Assembly (NCBI GenBank): GCA_020184695.1
Contig: JAANOX010000200.1
Coordinates: forward strand, 1-64,000
Length of the DNA: 64,000 nt
Direction: 5' to 3'
Origin: Histomonas meleagridis 2922-C6/04-290x
Taxonomy: Eukaryota > Protista > Parabasalia
In this document: positions 34,613 through 46,079 of the stretch, piece by piece
How the letters are laid out: each line of letters begins with the position of its first letter
How positions within the stretch are numbered: position 1 is the stretch's first letter
The notes under the pieces: model-generated
The model's input: the letters and a program-made list of their open reading frames with translations, nothing else
What the model was told of the DNA's origin: nothing
Databases searched by the model: none
Program-made: the position numbers and the translations under genes

Positions 34613-36079
34613 TTACAAAAATTTACCAAAAAACTTTGCGCTTTGACACTTGAAAATTGGCGGCTGTGAATGCATATAATTTGCCTTTAATACGATGCCA
34701 TTTAATTCAACAGATTGATTGAGCTTAAACACCGCGCACTTGTAGCTTCCATCAAACTTGAATTGGTCGTTTTGAAGCTTGACTTCAAACACTTTTTGAT
34801 TATTTATTAATCCTTCAATATGCATTTCATCAGGCAAAACGCTATCACTTCTAAGTACAATTTTAGCCGATGTTAAAGTGAACATTTCGTTTTTCATTCG
34901 TACAAAAATTACTTTATTTGTATCAGATAAAATTGCAACAAAATATTTTTCGGTGTCCAGCAACGCATTCGATGATGGAAATTTCTTTATAGATGGGTGA
35001 CTTAAATCATCAATTAATCGATACTTAATAACATTAATTGGTTTTGTTAAAACTCCCCCAAAAGTTCCGATGAAATCAAATAAATCGATTTCGCTTGGCG
35101 AAGTTTCACCGTTTGAGTTATTGATAAGTAAAATATATGAAAGAACATTCCATTTATTTGGAATAAATTTTGGACTAGAAAATGAATCTGATAATGACAA
35201 AATCGTTTCCCTTCTCATTGATATGGTTTTTATTAAATTAGCTCTTGATATTGATTTTGATTCCCATGACATTTCATAATCATTAAAAAGTGTATGAAAA
35301 GATGGGTCACTGCTATCAAGAAGTTGATGAAAAGAATCACTTTCTTGTTGGCTAATTATTTTTTTGTTTCCTTGTGAGAAATAATCATCAAGAGTTTTAC
35401 ATATGGATTTGTTATTAAAACGACAACGGATTTTGGGGTGCCCTAAAAAGCATTGGATTGAATACGGAGTAATGCACTGAAATAGAAAAGTGGGCGACTC
35501 CTCTAAAATGGTTAAAAGTACATCATAAAACCTGTCGATTAAAGTTTGTTGGCTTTTAATGATGTCATCAATTCCTTGAGAAAAAGTTGGAAATTTATTG
35601 ACTTCCGAATTTACAATAAATTTGTCATAGATTAAGTACTGAGATAAAAAGTGTAGTATAGTTTGCTTGAGGAAAATAAAGTCATCCTTTAGAGAGCTTA
35701 AATAATCAATGATTACATTTGTGATGATTCGAACTAAAGGTGGAATGCCATATACATATGCCATGAATAGTGAAAGCATTGGGTTTGGTGTAATTTCTCT
35801 GTCTTTAGTTGTTTTAAAAAGAATTTCGCCATTATAGCAAAAATCAATAATTTGTTCAAAGTTTGATGATACAAATGGAAGTGATATAGAAATGCTTTGA
35901 GGATCAAAAGTTACAGTTTTAAAATATTCTCTAAAAAGTCTGGAATGATGATATAAAATAAGTCGGTGGGCTTCAATATCTTTCCCATTAGCATGCAAAA
36001 TACAATCTATAAAAAGGTGATTTTTTCGGAAGGATGCGAAATGAGGTTTCATCTTAAGTCTGAAGCGAGTTTTTTCCAT
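34613..36079 (-). CDS. BTB/POZ-domain protein
   Basis: FIDCILHANGKDIEAHRLILYHHSRLFREYF...FEQIIDFCYNGEI. Confidence 0.8.
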   Translation of the reverse strand: MEKTRFRLKMKPHFASFRKNHLFIDCILHANGKDIEAHRLILYHHSRLFREYFKTVTFDPQSISISLPFVSSNFEQIIDFCYNGEILFKTTKDREITPNPMLSLFMAYVYGIPPLVRIITNVIIDYLSSLKDDFIFLKQTILHFLSQYLIYDKFIVNSEVNKFPTFSQGIDDIIKSQQTLIDRFYDVLLTILEESPTFLFQCITPYSIQCFLGHPKIRCRFNNKSICKTLDDYFSQGNKKIISQQESDSFHQLLDSSDPSFHTLFNDYEMSWESKSISRANLIKTISMRRETILSLSDSFSSPKFIPNKWNVLSYILLINNSNGETSPSEIDLFDFIGTFGGVLTKPINVIKYRLIDDLSHPSIKKFPSSNALLDTEKYFVAILSDTNKVIFVRMKNEMFTLTSAKIVLRSDSVLPDEMHIEGLINNQKVFEVKLQNDQFKFDGSYKCAVFKLNQSVELNGIVLKANYMHSQPPIFKCQSAKFFGKFL

Positions 36080-36573
36080 TTCATCTTTATGATGTTAACG
36101 TTCTTTTTTAGGGTGGTATAATTTTTGAATAGTTTTTAATCGTTATTTCAGCAAGGAGAAATGTACCTCTTTTTTTCGAACTTCTCTCATGCTCATTAAA
36201 ATTTTATCCCATAAAACTCTTCAAATGCACAACTAGCTCTGTAGCTTTTATATTTGCTACAAATGAGTCATAGCAAAGAAGCAAATTTGATTAGTGGTAT
36301 TTTTTTTTAAAACCATAGATGTTATTAAAACAAAAACTGCTTACAAACAGAACGGGAAGTGTTTTTATGAGATTTAAGGGATTATATTTGTAACAAAATT
36401 TTGTATTAGATCAAATCAATTGATTTTTTTAAGTTTCGTTACTTAGTAGAAGCCTTCTGGTAATGGTTATGAATGGCCTTGCTTTGGTAATAGTTAAAAA
36501 ATCTTTTTGCCAATTTGTCAATGCAGGAGATTTAAAAAAAAAGATTTTTTTTAGAGGCTTTTACTGATTGAGT

Positions 36574-36642
36574 TTAGAGCAGATTACACTTGCATCCACA
36601 GCACTTGCAACTTGAGCAGGAACATGAGCAGGAAGAAGACAT
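36574..36642 (-). CDS. Metallothionein-like micro-peptide MSSSCSCSCSSCKCCGCKCNLL (22 aa, 8 Cys)
   Basis: Hand-translated; Inr-like TCATTTT with its A 14 nt upstream of the ATG; the stop lies within TAAA. Confidence 0.6.
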   Translation of the reverse strand: MSSSCSCSCSSCKCCGCKCNLL

Positions 36643-36651
36643 TGTAACTTG

Positions 36652-36658
36652 AAAATGA
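36652..36658 (-). promoter_or_regulatory. Inr-like element upstream of the Cys-rich micro-ORF
   Basis: TCATTTT matches the trichomonad Inr consensus TCA(T/C)T(T/A) at a typical distance from the ATG. Confidence 0.45.
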
Positions 36659-36899
36659 AATGGCTCAACTGCTTACAACAACCCCCAAATTTTGAAAGGC
36701 GGAAAATCCATCGGTTTCTGAGAAATTTTTTGTGGTTTGTTAAAAACCGAAAAAAATTATTGGGTTTTTCTGAGGCTGTTAGAAGAACTGACTAAGTTTT
36801 TGAGAGCAATTTTTGAATGCATTCGGAAGTTGAAATTCACCTTGAACGGGGGTGGTGCAAAAGCTTTTAGGGTGCCCTAAAATCAGTCACTTTTATTAG

Positions 36900-37799
36900 A
36901 TGCAGGGATCCCCAAAAAAGTACGTTTTTTTGTTAATGTACAAAGCAATACCAGAATTCAACAGGAGATGTTGTATTGCAGATAGAAATCGCAATTATAG
37001 ACTTCACCTTGCAGCATTGGCCAGAATAAAAAATTCAAAACCGCATGAAGAAAAATGTACATTAAAGCCTTTTCGTAGATCAATACTCCAAGGAAAAGTT
37101 CAAAGAGAAGAAAGAATAAAAATTGAAAATGAGAATAAAAAAATGCAAAAGGCGATTGCAAGTTGTGAGCCAACACTCAATAGAGAAGAATTCCATCAAC
37201 ATCAGCTTGATCATGAACATCAAGTAAAACGAATGGCTAAACATACAGACACATATGGATTTAAAACCAATAATTCAACTAAAAAGCGCAAAAATTTATC
37301 TAAAGTTCATCTTAAACCAATGGAACCGAGCAATTCCAAACCTAAGTCACAAAATACTACTTCCAAAGAACTGCAAGATGAATACAAAAATGAACAGTCA
37401 ATTTCAGCGCAACCTTCTGGTGATCAACAAAATTCGTATATTAGTGATACGCCAAGCACGGAACAAATACATGAACCACAAAATACGTATGATAGCGGTG
37501 ACGCACAAAGTCCACGTAAAAGCTCTCCTCCAGATACATACATTAGTGATCAAAGCAATTCACAAAATACAGAACAAACAAATGAATTAACGAATGAGCC
37601 GCCGCTAGAAAGAGTGCAGCTGACATTCCCATTGCCTGAATCACAAAGCGGAGAAAATGAGGATATAAATGACTCAGCATTAAATGAACAAAACGCTACT
37701 GGTAATGAAACAGACACTACAGAAAATAACAGTAAGGAAGAAACAGATGAAAAAGATAAATCAGAATCACTTGAAAGCGATTTTTTGTTAATGCAATAA
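36900..37799 (+). CDS. Hypothetical protein; N-terminus CFAP97/KIAA1430-like, low-complexity acidic tail
   Basis: HLAALARIK...QREERIKIENENKKMQKAI pattern; family call tentative. Confidence 0.4.
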   Translation: MQGSPKKYVFLLMYKAIPEFNRRCCIADRNRNYRLHLAALARIKNSKPHEEKCTLKPFRRSILQGKVQREERIKIENENKKMQKAIASCEPTLNREEFHQHQLDHEHQVKRMAKHTDTYGFKTNNSTKKRKNLSKVHLKPMEPSNSKPKSQNTTSKELQDEYKNEQSISAQPSGDQQNSYISDTPSTEQIHEPQNTYDSGDAQSPRKSSPPDTYISDQSNSQNTEQTNELTNEPPLERVQLTFPLPESQSGENEDINDSALNEQNATGNETDTTENNSKEETDEKDKSESLESDFLLMQ

Positions 37800-38054
37800 A
37801 AATGTATTCATGAGTAAATAATAAATATTTACGAACATGAAAAATAAGACTTTCATTTTACTTGTAACCACTCTTCAAAATTCGTGTGTTAAGATTTCCT
37901 ATTTTGGAAAATGAGATTTATTCCCGATAAAAATTGACTGATGATTGATCGTAAACGATTATTTTTCATTCAAAACATGAAGGTGCGAATATTTAAGAAA
38001 AAACTTTATTTATTAAAACTGTGTATCAGATCGATAGAATAATATAAAACATTT

Positions 38055-38816
38055 TTAGAGAGGCCATGCAAGTCTATTCCGATCGTGCCTTGCCCTTCTA
38101 AAATATGTATATTGACCATTTGATGGATCAAATGTACCTTCCTGAAGCCATAACAACTTTAAGGTAAAACGAGGACCGCATTCCTGAAGTCGCGCTTCAT
38201 TCACTGAATCAAAGATATATCTGTAATGACGGAAAAAAATGAAATCACGTTGATGGTGAAAGGTAAGGACGCGCCTTCCAAAGAAATTTGGTTTGTGAGG
38301 AAATAAGCATTGGAGCATTCGAGACGTGAGCCTGCCAAGTCTTGTTTCAAATCGTTTCATGAGAACTTCTGGATAGTGATCGCTAGTACGAGCGTGCCCT
38401 TCAATTTCTTTAGGAAGAGAAATTGATGTGATTCTATAGTTGGCAGTTGGTCCATCAGGCAAATGATGATGAGTAAAAGTATAAACTTGGTTATTAGCAG
38501 ATGTAAGAATAATTAAGTCGGTGTACCCTTCTTCAATTGCTTGATTCCTAACTTCAGCCATTGATGATCCTTCTTTTCGATTTTCAAAAAGAGAATTTGG
38601 AATTAAAACTTGTAGACTTTTCCCAAATGGTATGGACGGCTCTTCATCACCTGATGTAGTAATTTTTACCTTGGGTTCTTTTTCACCATTTAAAAAAGGT
38701 GAAAATTGATCATTTTCAATTTCTTCAAGATATTCTGGATCATCTTCTTTTATGAATGTTGGATCGTATTCACGCCTTTGTTCTTGTCTGTTTTCACCTG
38801 GTGCAGGTTCAACCAT
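38055..38816 (-). CDS. RPF1: Brix-domain ribosome biogenesis factor, Rpf1-like
   Basis: FETRLGRLTSRMLQCLFP...TFHHQRDFIFFRHYRYIF and the sigma70-like ECGPRFTLKL. Confidence 0.8.
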   Translation of the reverse strand: MVEPAPGENRQEQRREYDPTFIKEDDPEYLEEIENDQFSPFLNGEKEPKVKITTSGDEEPSIPFGKSLQVLIPNSLFENRKEGSSMAEVRNQAIEEGYTDLIILTSANNQVYTFTHHHLPDGPTANYRITSISLPKEIEGHARTSDHYPEVLMKRFETRLGRLTSRMLQCLFPHKPNFFGRRVLTFHHQRDFIFFRHYRYIFDSVNEARLQECGPRFTLKLLWLQEGTFDPSNGQYTYFRRARHDRNRLAWPL

Positions 38817-39165
38817 TTGGGAAATTTTGGTCGTGTAATTTGAATGTAAATATTGGCAAAACGAAATTGTAAGAAAAAATAGTGTCTAATTTCATAGAAA
38901 ACGTTAAAATCCTGATCAATTTTAACAGAGAGACTTAATAGAGCTATTAATTAACGAAATTATAACAACAAAAAAGCAACATACCGAATTTGTATTTATA
39001 AAATTATTTTTTTAAAAAATTATTATCAAATAGAAAGTATGAATTATTTAAGGTGAAAAGAATTAACTTATTATTAATTTTTTTTATTTAGGAAAACATT
39101 ATTCAATTTATTATTTCACAGATGTTGTTAAAGTATTCCAATATTAGTTCACAACAAAAACCAAT

Positions 39166-39711
39166 TTATATCCATTGGTCGCTCTCTTCATTCACATATT
39201 CATCAAAATCATTACCAACAATTTCAATTTGTGTATCTCCTTTTGATGAAGAAAGAATTGGATATCCATCCGAATGAGCAGATTTTGACTTTTTCCTTTT
39301 ACTTCTTGTAACAACAAATACAATTATTCCTGTGATTAACAAAACTGCAAAAATTGATCCGCATATTATGCCAATATATAGTACCAAATATTTAATGAGA
39401 AAACTTTGAATTGAATATAATTTTTCGTTTATAAAATCTCCAACGTTTTTATTCGTAAAAGAAAAAAATTGCAAATGAGTTGTTGTCTTCTTAAATATTA
39501 AAGTAATATGGAAAATTAAATTTGATTCAAATAAAAAGTTGATTATTTGATAACAAATAAATAAAATAATTAACTCTTCAGATAAATTTTTGATATGGAA
39601 TATGGTACATTCACACTCTATAAATAGAACATCGTCATTATTCATGAATGCAGTAAAGCCAAGATGTGATAACAAATATTTACAACTACAAACGATAAAT
39701 TCAAATTTCAA
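39166..39711 (-). pseudogene. 3' fragment of a single-pass surface protein
   Basis: TM segment (IGIICGSIFAVLLITGIIVFVV) + RSKRKK + short tail; no ATG start and upstream frames are broken. Confidence 0.4.
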
Positions 39712-40477
39712 AGACAGTCAGAGTTTGTTGGCAAGATTTCAACCGAAAGGCTAATAAAAGATATCCTAACTGCAAAAAAAACTTTTCGGTTTTCGGATTT
39801 CTGTGCAACTGCAGCTAACGTTCTGAACAATTATTTCAATGGGGGTTTTACAGGCTGCTTCGATAAATAATGGCTGCACATTTGATGTAAGCTTACATGA
39901 CAAAGAAATGATGCATTAGCTCACATAAGCGAAAAACAAAACACAAATTTTTGGATTTAGAGACATATTCATTATGAACTTCGTCAAAACATAGAATCTA
40001 AAGGTCAAGAATCGTTACCAATGGTAGTAAATTTGATTTCGATAAATATTAATACGTTTTTATTATTGGAATCTGCTGATATCAGCATTTATAATGAAAT
40101 ATAAAAATTTAACGTTCCGGAACATACTTGAAGACATCTTCTTTTTGTCATAAGTAATTTTTACAATACCTATAAGACGCGTTTCTTTGAATTCAAATAG
40201 CGCTGTTGGGTACAGGACGCTTATAAATTGGTTTGTTAATTATTTGTATACAAATAAAAAAATTGTATTACCAACAGATATAAATCTATTTGGTTTGAGT
40301 TTGTTTTAAAGGAAGCTTTATTAAATATTTACTTGTCAGTTAATTTAATTGCCCAATCTAAAAATGTCAGATGCTTTAACGGTCTCGATTTCTACTTTTT
40401 TTTACATAATAAAACATTCAATTTTGAATTGTAGGGCAACAACAATTGAAGTAGAATATTTTATTAAATATTATTAT

Positions 40478-41248
40478 CTAACTGCGCTTTGGTTTTGCAC
40501 CTTTTTTGGGTTCTCGGCTTGATTTGTTTTCCCTTCTTTCAGCACTTTTGTTCCTCATTTCCTGTTTGAATGTTGAAAGAAGTTTGATTGGAAGCTTCTT
40601 GCCATTGTATTCTATTCCGTTCTTTACTGCTTCATTTGCCTGTTCTTCTGTTTGGAGTTCAACATAAGCAGTTCCTGAGAAATATTTTTCTCCTCCACTG
40701 CGATTTTTGTTCCTCATCTCTATACGGAGAACTTTTCCAAACAAAGAACGGAAGAACGCTTGCAGTGATTCAAGTGTTTCAGTTTGATCTAATTGATCAA
40801 CATATAATGTTCTATACTCACGACGTGGATCTGGTTTAAATGGAACCTTTGAACGAACCATCTTGCGAGAGGTATCAACTTCAAGTTCTGATGATGCTTG
40901 ACAGGCTTTCATTAATTCTTCATCAGTCAAATGCATTGCCACAATTTTGTTGAACTTTTCATTAAAAATTTGAATTGGGCAATATCGGTCAGCTTCCATG
41001 TTAATCAGTTGTTTCATAAATGATGAATTTTCAACGTTTGATGGGCTAAAATAAAATTCCATTTGTTCACGAGCAGCGTCAAGTTCTGGTGTAAGATCAT
41101 ACACTTCTTGTTGTTTTATTTCTTCGTTTTCAGATGATGGTGGATCTGCTTTTCCGAATAGTTTGCGGAGGATGAACATAAAATGGCGGCAAAATGGTCG
41201 TGCAAAAATTGACAAAGTCTGTTCGTTCGATAAACGATTATTTTCCAA
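40478..41248 (-). CDS. La-motif + RRM protein (La/SSB-like)
   Basis: QMEFYFSPSN La motif; RRM RTLYV...FSGTAYVEL. Confidence 0.85.
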   Translation of the reverse strand: MENNRLSNEQTLSIFARPFCRHFMFILRKLFGKADPPSSENEEIKQQEVYDLTPELDAAREQMEFYFSPSNVENSSFMKQLINMEADRYCPIQIFNEKFNKIVAMHLTDEELMKACQASSELEVDTSRKMVRSKVPFKPDPRREYRTLYVDQLDQTETLESLQAFFRSLFGKVLRIEMRNKNRSGGEKYFSGTAYVELQTEEQANEAVKNGIEYNGKKLPIKLLSTFKQEMRNKSAERRENKSSREPKKGAKPKRS

Positions 41249-41360
41249 TTTCTTCTCGCATTCATTTCAACATAAGTTAAGTATTCTCTTCATCAATTAA
41301 GTATCAGCTGTAGTATTTTTTCACATTTTTATTCGTTAAAAGGCAAACACAATAAAACAT

Positions 41361-43136
41361 TTACAGATTAAGGAAATTACTGTACTGTCTAAAAATATAT
41401 TTTCTGCTGCTTCCATCATCATTCATGAACAGCAAGCTATCGCCATTAGCCTCTTTAGAAGCGCCTGCGAATATATACAATGTGTCATCATCACCACCGC
41501 AATACTGTATACCCGAAACGCAATACTCAGCGGTATTCACGCCCAAGTACGACTGTAACTCGTTCCGTATGTCGGCCACATAAATGTGACTTTCGCGTGA
41601 TGAAGTCGATGTTATGATGAAGTTATCTGCAACGCAAACTGCAGTGACACTCTCCGGATATCCAATAGATATTAGTGGACAATGCTGACGAGAGTCCCAT
41701 ATTTTGACAGATCGATCATCAGAAGAACTAACGAAAAGATTAGCGTTAATGCTTTTGATTATATTCGTTGGCGAGTTGTGGCCAATGAACGATCGAACTG
41801 ATTGTAATGTCGTGACATCAAATAGATGTAACGCATTAGTAGTGGTCAAACCACAGATTATGCAGTTCTCCAGGGAGCTAATGATGGAAAAACCGGAATT
41901 AAGATATGGCGTTTTGATTATTGATCGGACCATTCGATTATTGATAAGATGAAGATCACTGGAATTTAGGAACCCTATGAAGACATTGTCTTGAATTATG
42001 GCTATTGGAGTCGGATATGACATAGGTGGCACAAGATCAACATCATCAAATTTCCTATCATTCCCTGTGAGACCAACACGGTAGATATGGCCTGAGCTAT
42101 AGAGCCAACCATGACGTTTGGAGGAGTCTATTGTGAAGGATTCAACTTTACTTTTAATATTTAATGGAATTGTATCCCAACAGATTTTAGTGTTAGGATG
42201 TAAATCAAAGGCATAGGAAATGGCTCTGTCGGGTGTACTGCTCGTATTGTGGATAAAAGCGGCACAAGAAGGATCAATATAATTGATATCAAATGGTAAG
42301 ATAAATGTATCTTCAAACCGTTTCTCACGCCAAAAGGGATCTGGCGTAAGACCGCGTGGAAGCACTTGGCCAAATGGTACAGAATTGTCCATATCTGTTG
42401 ATACAAAATTAAATATTGTACGTTCAGGAGCACTTGGCATTCGAAGAAGACCTTTATCTTTCTTAAGGGTAAACCTTGAATAAGGTGTGTCAATTTCACG
42501 CATTGCTCGAATTTGAGATGTTATTTCATCATATTTTTTGATCAGATTTGGCATCTCTATCTCACTGGAATTAACAGCACTTTCCATAATTTTGTCTAAA
42601 CGAAGTAAAAGCGTTTGAACATTTGGTTCATTTTCTTTTTTCATATCTTTTTGATATATTGATTCTCTTCCAGTTTGCTGATAAAATTGGGCTCCTGGCT
42701 GTCTTTGTGGAGGTGGTTGTGGTGGCTGCATCATTGGTGATTGAACTGGAATATTTTGTGGATATTTTGATTGAGATGGTTGAAAAGGTATATTTCCATA
42801 AGGAGGTGGGTATTGTTGTTGAGGGTGAGGTTTTACAGGTGGCATATGTTGTTTTGGATTAATATATTTTGGCGGATTTGAATTTGGTGATTGAATTTGA
42901 GGAGTTTGTGCCGTTTCGCCAGTAAAAGCATGTTTGTTATTATTAAACCAAAGTCTTACAGTTCTGTGAGTCCAATGTGGTGAATATTTAAGTAATTCTT
43001 CGGAAACTTCATTTGCGATTTTTGTTCTTTCTTGAGATCTTTCAGGTTGTGAAAAGTACCTTTTAACATTTTGAATCAGAATGGATTGCTCAACCGAATT
43101 CGGATAATAACGACGTCCGTCTGGTTCCTGCTCCAT
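41361..43136 (-). CDS. Homeodomain-like N-terminus + Pro/Gln linker + WD40 repeats
   Basis: WTHRTVRLWFNNNK helix-3-like motif; GHNSPTN...SSSDDRSVKIWD. Confidence 0.65.
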   Translation of the reverse strand: MEQEPDGRRYYPNSVEQSILIQNVKRYFSQPERSQERTKIANEVSEELLKYSPHWTHRTVRLWFNNNKHAFTGETAQTPQIQSPNSNPPKYINPKQHMPPVKPHPQQQYPPPYGNIPFQPSQSKYPQNIPVQSPMMQPPQPPPQRQPGAQFYQQTGRESIYQKDMKKENEPNVQTLLLRLDKIMESAVNSSEIEMPNLIKKYDEITSQIRAMREIDTPYSRFTLKKDKGLLRMPSAPERTIFNFVSTDMDNSVPFGQVLPRGLTPDPFWREKRFEDTFILPFDINYIDPSCAAFIHNTSSTPDRAISYAFDLHPNTKICWDTIPLNIKSKVESFTIDSSKRHGWLYSSGHIYRVGLTGNDRKFDDVDLVPPMSYPTPIAIIQDNVFIGFLNSSDLHLINNRMVRSIIKTPYLNSGFSIISSLENCIICGLTTTNALHLFDVTTLQSVRSFIGHNSPTNIIKSINANLFVSSSDDRSVKIWDSRQHCPLISIGYPESVTAVCVADNFIITSTSSRESHIYVADIRNELQSYLGVNTAEYCVSGIQYCGGDDDTLYIFAGASKEANGDSLLFMNDDGSSRKYIFRQYSNFLNL

Positions 43137-43675
43137 ATTATGTTGGCGGTTTTAATCACTTGATGAAATAACCGTTTTTGTTTCATTTATTTGCACATTT
43201 GAATTCATTCAAATTTGAGAGGAATAGGGGTTGTTTTGACGTCGTTTTTGCTGCTGGAAAATTAGTTTTGAGGATGGATCGTATTAACCCGAATATAAAT
43301 GGCGATTGCCTGGTTTTGAGATTCGGTTGGGAGTGCTAAAATCAATCGTGTTTTCATAGGGTTAAAAACAATTGTTGAAATTATGATTGAGTTAAAGTTA
43401 GGGCTTGAAACACTGGAAACCAATACCAGTATGTATTCTCTTTCAAGAGTGAGAAATGGCATAAAAATTTTGTGGAAAAGTATCATGGACAATGATTCAA
43501 TAATTGGTGAAAATTGCATTGATCTATTTTCACGGCTGAAAATAGTTAAAAAGGTGGTTGATTTAGTTGCAAAGCATTAATTCCATTTTTGGATTTGGAA
43601 GAAGGAGGCCAGAATGGCTTAACGTCCACCGCAGAAAAAACCGTACTTTTTCAGGAAGCGGTTTTAATCTGAATC

Positions 43676-44125
43676 ATGAAATGTTATGTGAAAAAGAGTA
43701 TGCTCCCTCATCAACAAATTCCAATACCAGGGCATTGTGATGACCATATCATTGATCCGCCATCTGTCTATGAAATGGAGTTAATAGATCAAACATTAGG
43801 GTTTCAGTATCTTGTGGAAACTCGTGGCAACCCAATTTTAATGAATTCTATTGATCAGATGTTTCGAGAATCTGTTGAATTAGAAAAGCAATATGATAAA
43901 AGTGTTGAAGTGCATCATGGAAATAAAACAACTGATTCATTAGAAGAAGTTCTATTATTAGAAGATCAATTTTCCAGGGCTGCATATGATGAAATCTCAT
44001 TTTCGTTATCAGTGATAAAAGCAATGAAAAAAGAAATTAGCGCGATGGAACAGGAAGCAAAAATAATTGAAAGAAAGAAATTAAAACTCAAGAAAAAAAT
44101 AAATGAATTAAAAAACAACAGATAA
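43676..44125 (+). CDS. Hypothetical protein with C-terminal coiled coil
   Basis: 149-aa ORF. Confidence 0.55.
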   Translation: MKCYVKKSMLPHQQIPIPGHCDDHIIDPPSVYEMELIDQTLGFQYLVETRGNPILMNSIDQMFRESVELEKQYDKSVEVHHGNKTTDSLEEVLLLEDQFSRAAYDEISFSLSVIKAMKKEISAMEQEAKIIERKKLKLKKKINELKNNR

Positions 44126-44505
44126 TTAAGCACACAAACCTTTCAATAAATGTTTTTTTATTTATTATTATTTTTCATAATAAAAAATCAAGGCAATTTA
44201 CAATACTATATATTTGTTTTCTTATGATTTTTAAAAAACGTAATGAACATCAGAAAATTTCTTTTCCTAATATAAATTAGATAATTTTAATAAAAAGCCT
44301 TAATCATTCTCTTCCTTATTATCCATAGAAAACAATGAAACACATATGATTTTTACATAATAAAAATATTTAAATTCATTCATTTTTATTATTTTATAAA
44401 ATGGCTTAATCTTAAATCATTTATTAATTTATTAAGCTTAACAAATAATAATAAAATTAGGTATATAAACAAAAGGAAAAATAACTGAAATGAATTTTCA
44501 TTAAT

Positions 44506-45566
44506 TTATTCAGGTGAAACGAATTCTCCTGCAAACAAAACAGTTTTATTTTTGTGAACCAATTCATATATAAACGGATGGTCTGCTACGAAGAACTTTT
44601 CGATTATTTCTGGCAATCCAAGAGTCTCTATCCCTGTTGCAGCTGCAGCCGTAGTTCCTTCTTCATATACTTCTAGAAAAGCTTTGTGCACTACGCGTGA
44701 AATCTTTGGCTTTTGCAGATCGAAAAGCAAACGAATTCCAATCGCTTCGAGCATTTCGCGCAGGTGTTGTGACTCCCAAAGGCATTTAAACTTGGGAATT
44801 ACTACATTCATCTTGACTTCGTTAAGGTTTTGGACATATTCTTCGAACTTTTTGGTGCCAAGTGAACTTTTTGAGATCCAAATGATTGAAGATCTTTATT
44901 CTCAGGAAGAAACATTAATAAAGAACAATCGTTTACATATGGCAAGAAAGATGTTGTTTTGGTTCCTTCGAATAGATTAAATGGGTAATCCGAAGTCCCT
45001 TCTGGATCAAACTTATTCTGCCATTCGGCTTTGAAATAGATGGCATTGGTAAGAATGATATCAGAATTAGGTTCAACTTCATCTGCTTGAATAAGATTTT
45101 GAATAAGACCATTGGTGACTTCTGCAACCTTTTGATTTATTAAGCTAATGCCTTATTGATTAAATTCGATTGGAGTAATTTCAATTCCAAGAAATTCAAT
45201 TAATGGTTTGAAAAATTCTGCGTCAAATTCTTTGTTCTTGTTTGGCCAAAGTGTATTTGCGCCACGAATAACTGCATTATTTGTTTTTTGTTCCACTTGT
45301 GAAATGAGATTGCGAAGATTGGTGAGGATATCTTTTGGAGTAGTATCAGATGGCATTCTGAGAACATCGAAAATTTCTTTTTGTGTTGGTTCATTTAGAA
45401 TTGAAGCAACCATTAAAAGGATTGCATAAGTTGAATATGGTGAAACAAGAATATTACTTGATTCATCGCAAAGATTTGAAAGCATGGCAATCGAAAGAAC
45501 CTGTGTAGGTTCGCTTGGAGTCCCGTAGAAAAGATTTGAAAAGAAGTGTTTTATGCTTGAAATCAT
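44506..45566 (-). pseudogene. Serpin pseudogene (or mis-assembled serpin)
   Basis: NILVSPYS, LTNAIYFKAEW, VIPKFK, EEGTTAAAAT hinge and FVADHPF. In-frame TAA at 45153, frameshifts and apparent internal deletions. Confidence 0.8.
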
Positions 45567-46079
45567 GAGGTGAAGTGATACTTGTTGTCAATAAACGGTT
45601 TATAAAAAGAAATTTGGATTAAATACTTCTTTGATATGTTTCTTATGTAGCCCCCAATCATTCTTTGATAGTTCATCAACAAGATTTTTTTCCAAATTGT
45701 TGTTATATGCCTTTGACTTCATCCCATACTGGAAGAAAGCTTTTATATAAAAATGGATATGAAGCTTCTAATGAAACAAACATTTTTGTTTTGAATTATA
45801 CACAGAATATATTTTTATGTTTAATAATTTTATCACATAAATTTTATAATATGATTTGATATGTTTATTTCAAGACTTCAAAATATATTTAAAAATTGTA
45901 TAAATTTTTTTGGTTAATCTCATTTATTTCTTTATGCCTACATATGAATAGAATATATTTCCATAATAATGGAAATTCAGAATAATTGATGTTACATTGT
46001 ATCGTTCTAATCGTAGTATTGAATTTTTGGGGATCCCTGTTGTAACTGTCCGTTTACTTTTCATCAGGAAGATTTACGA

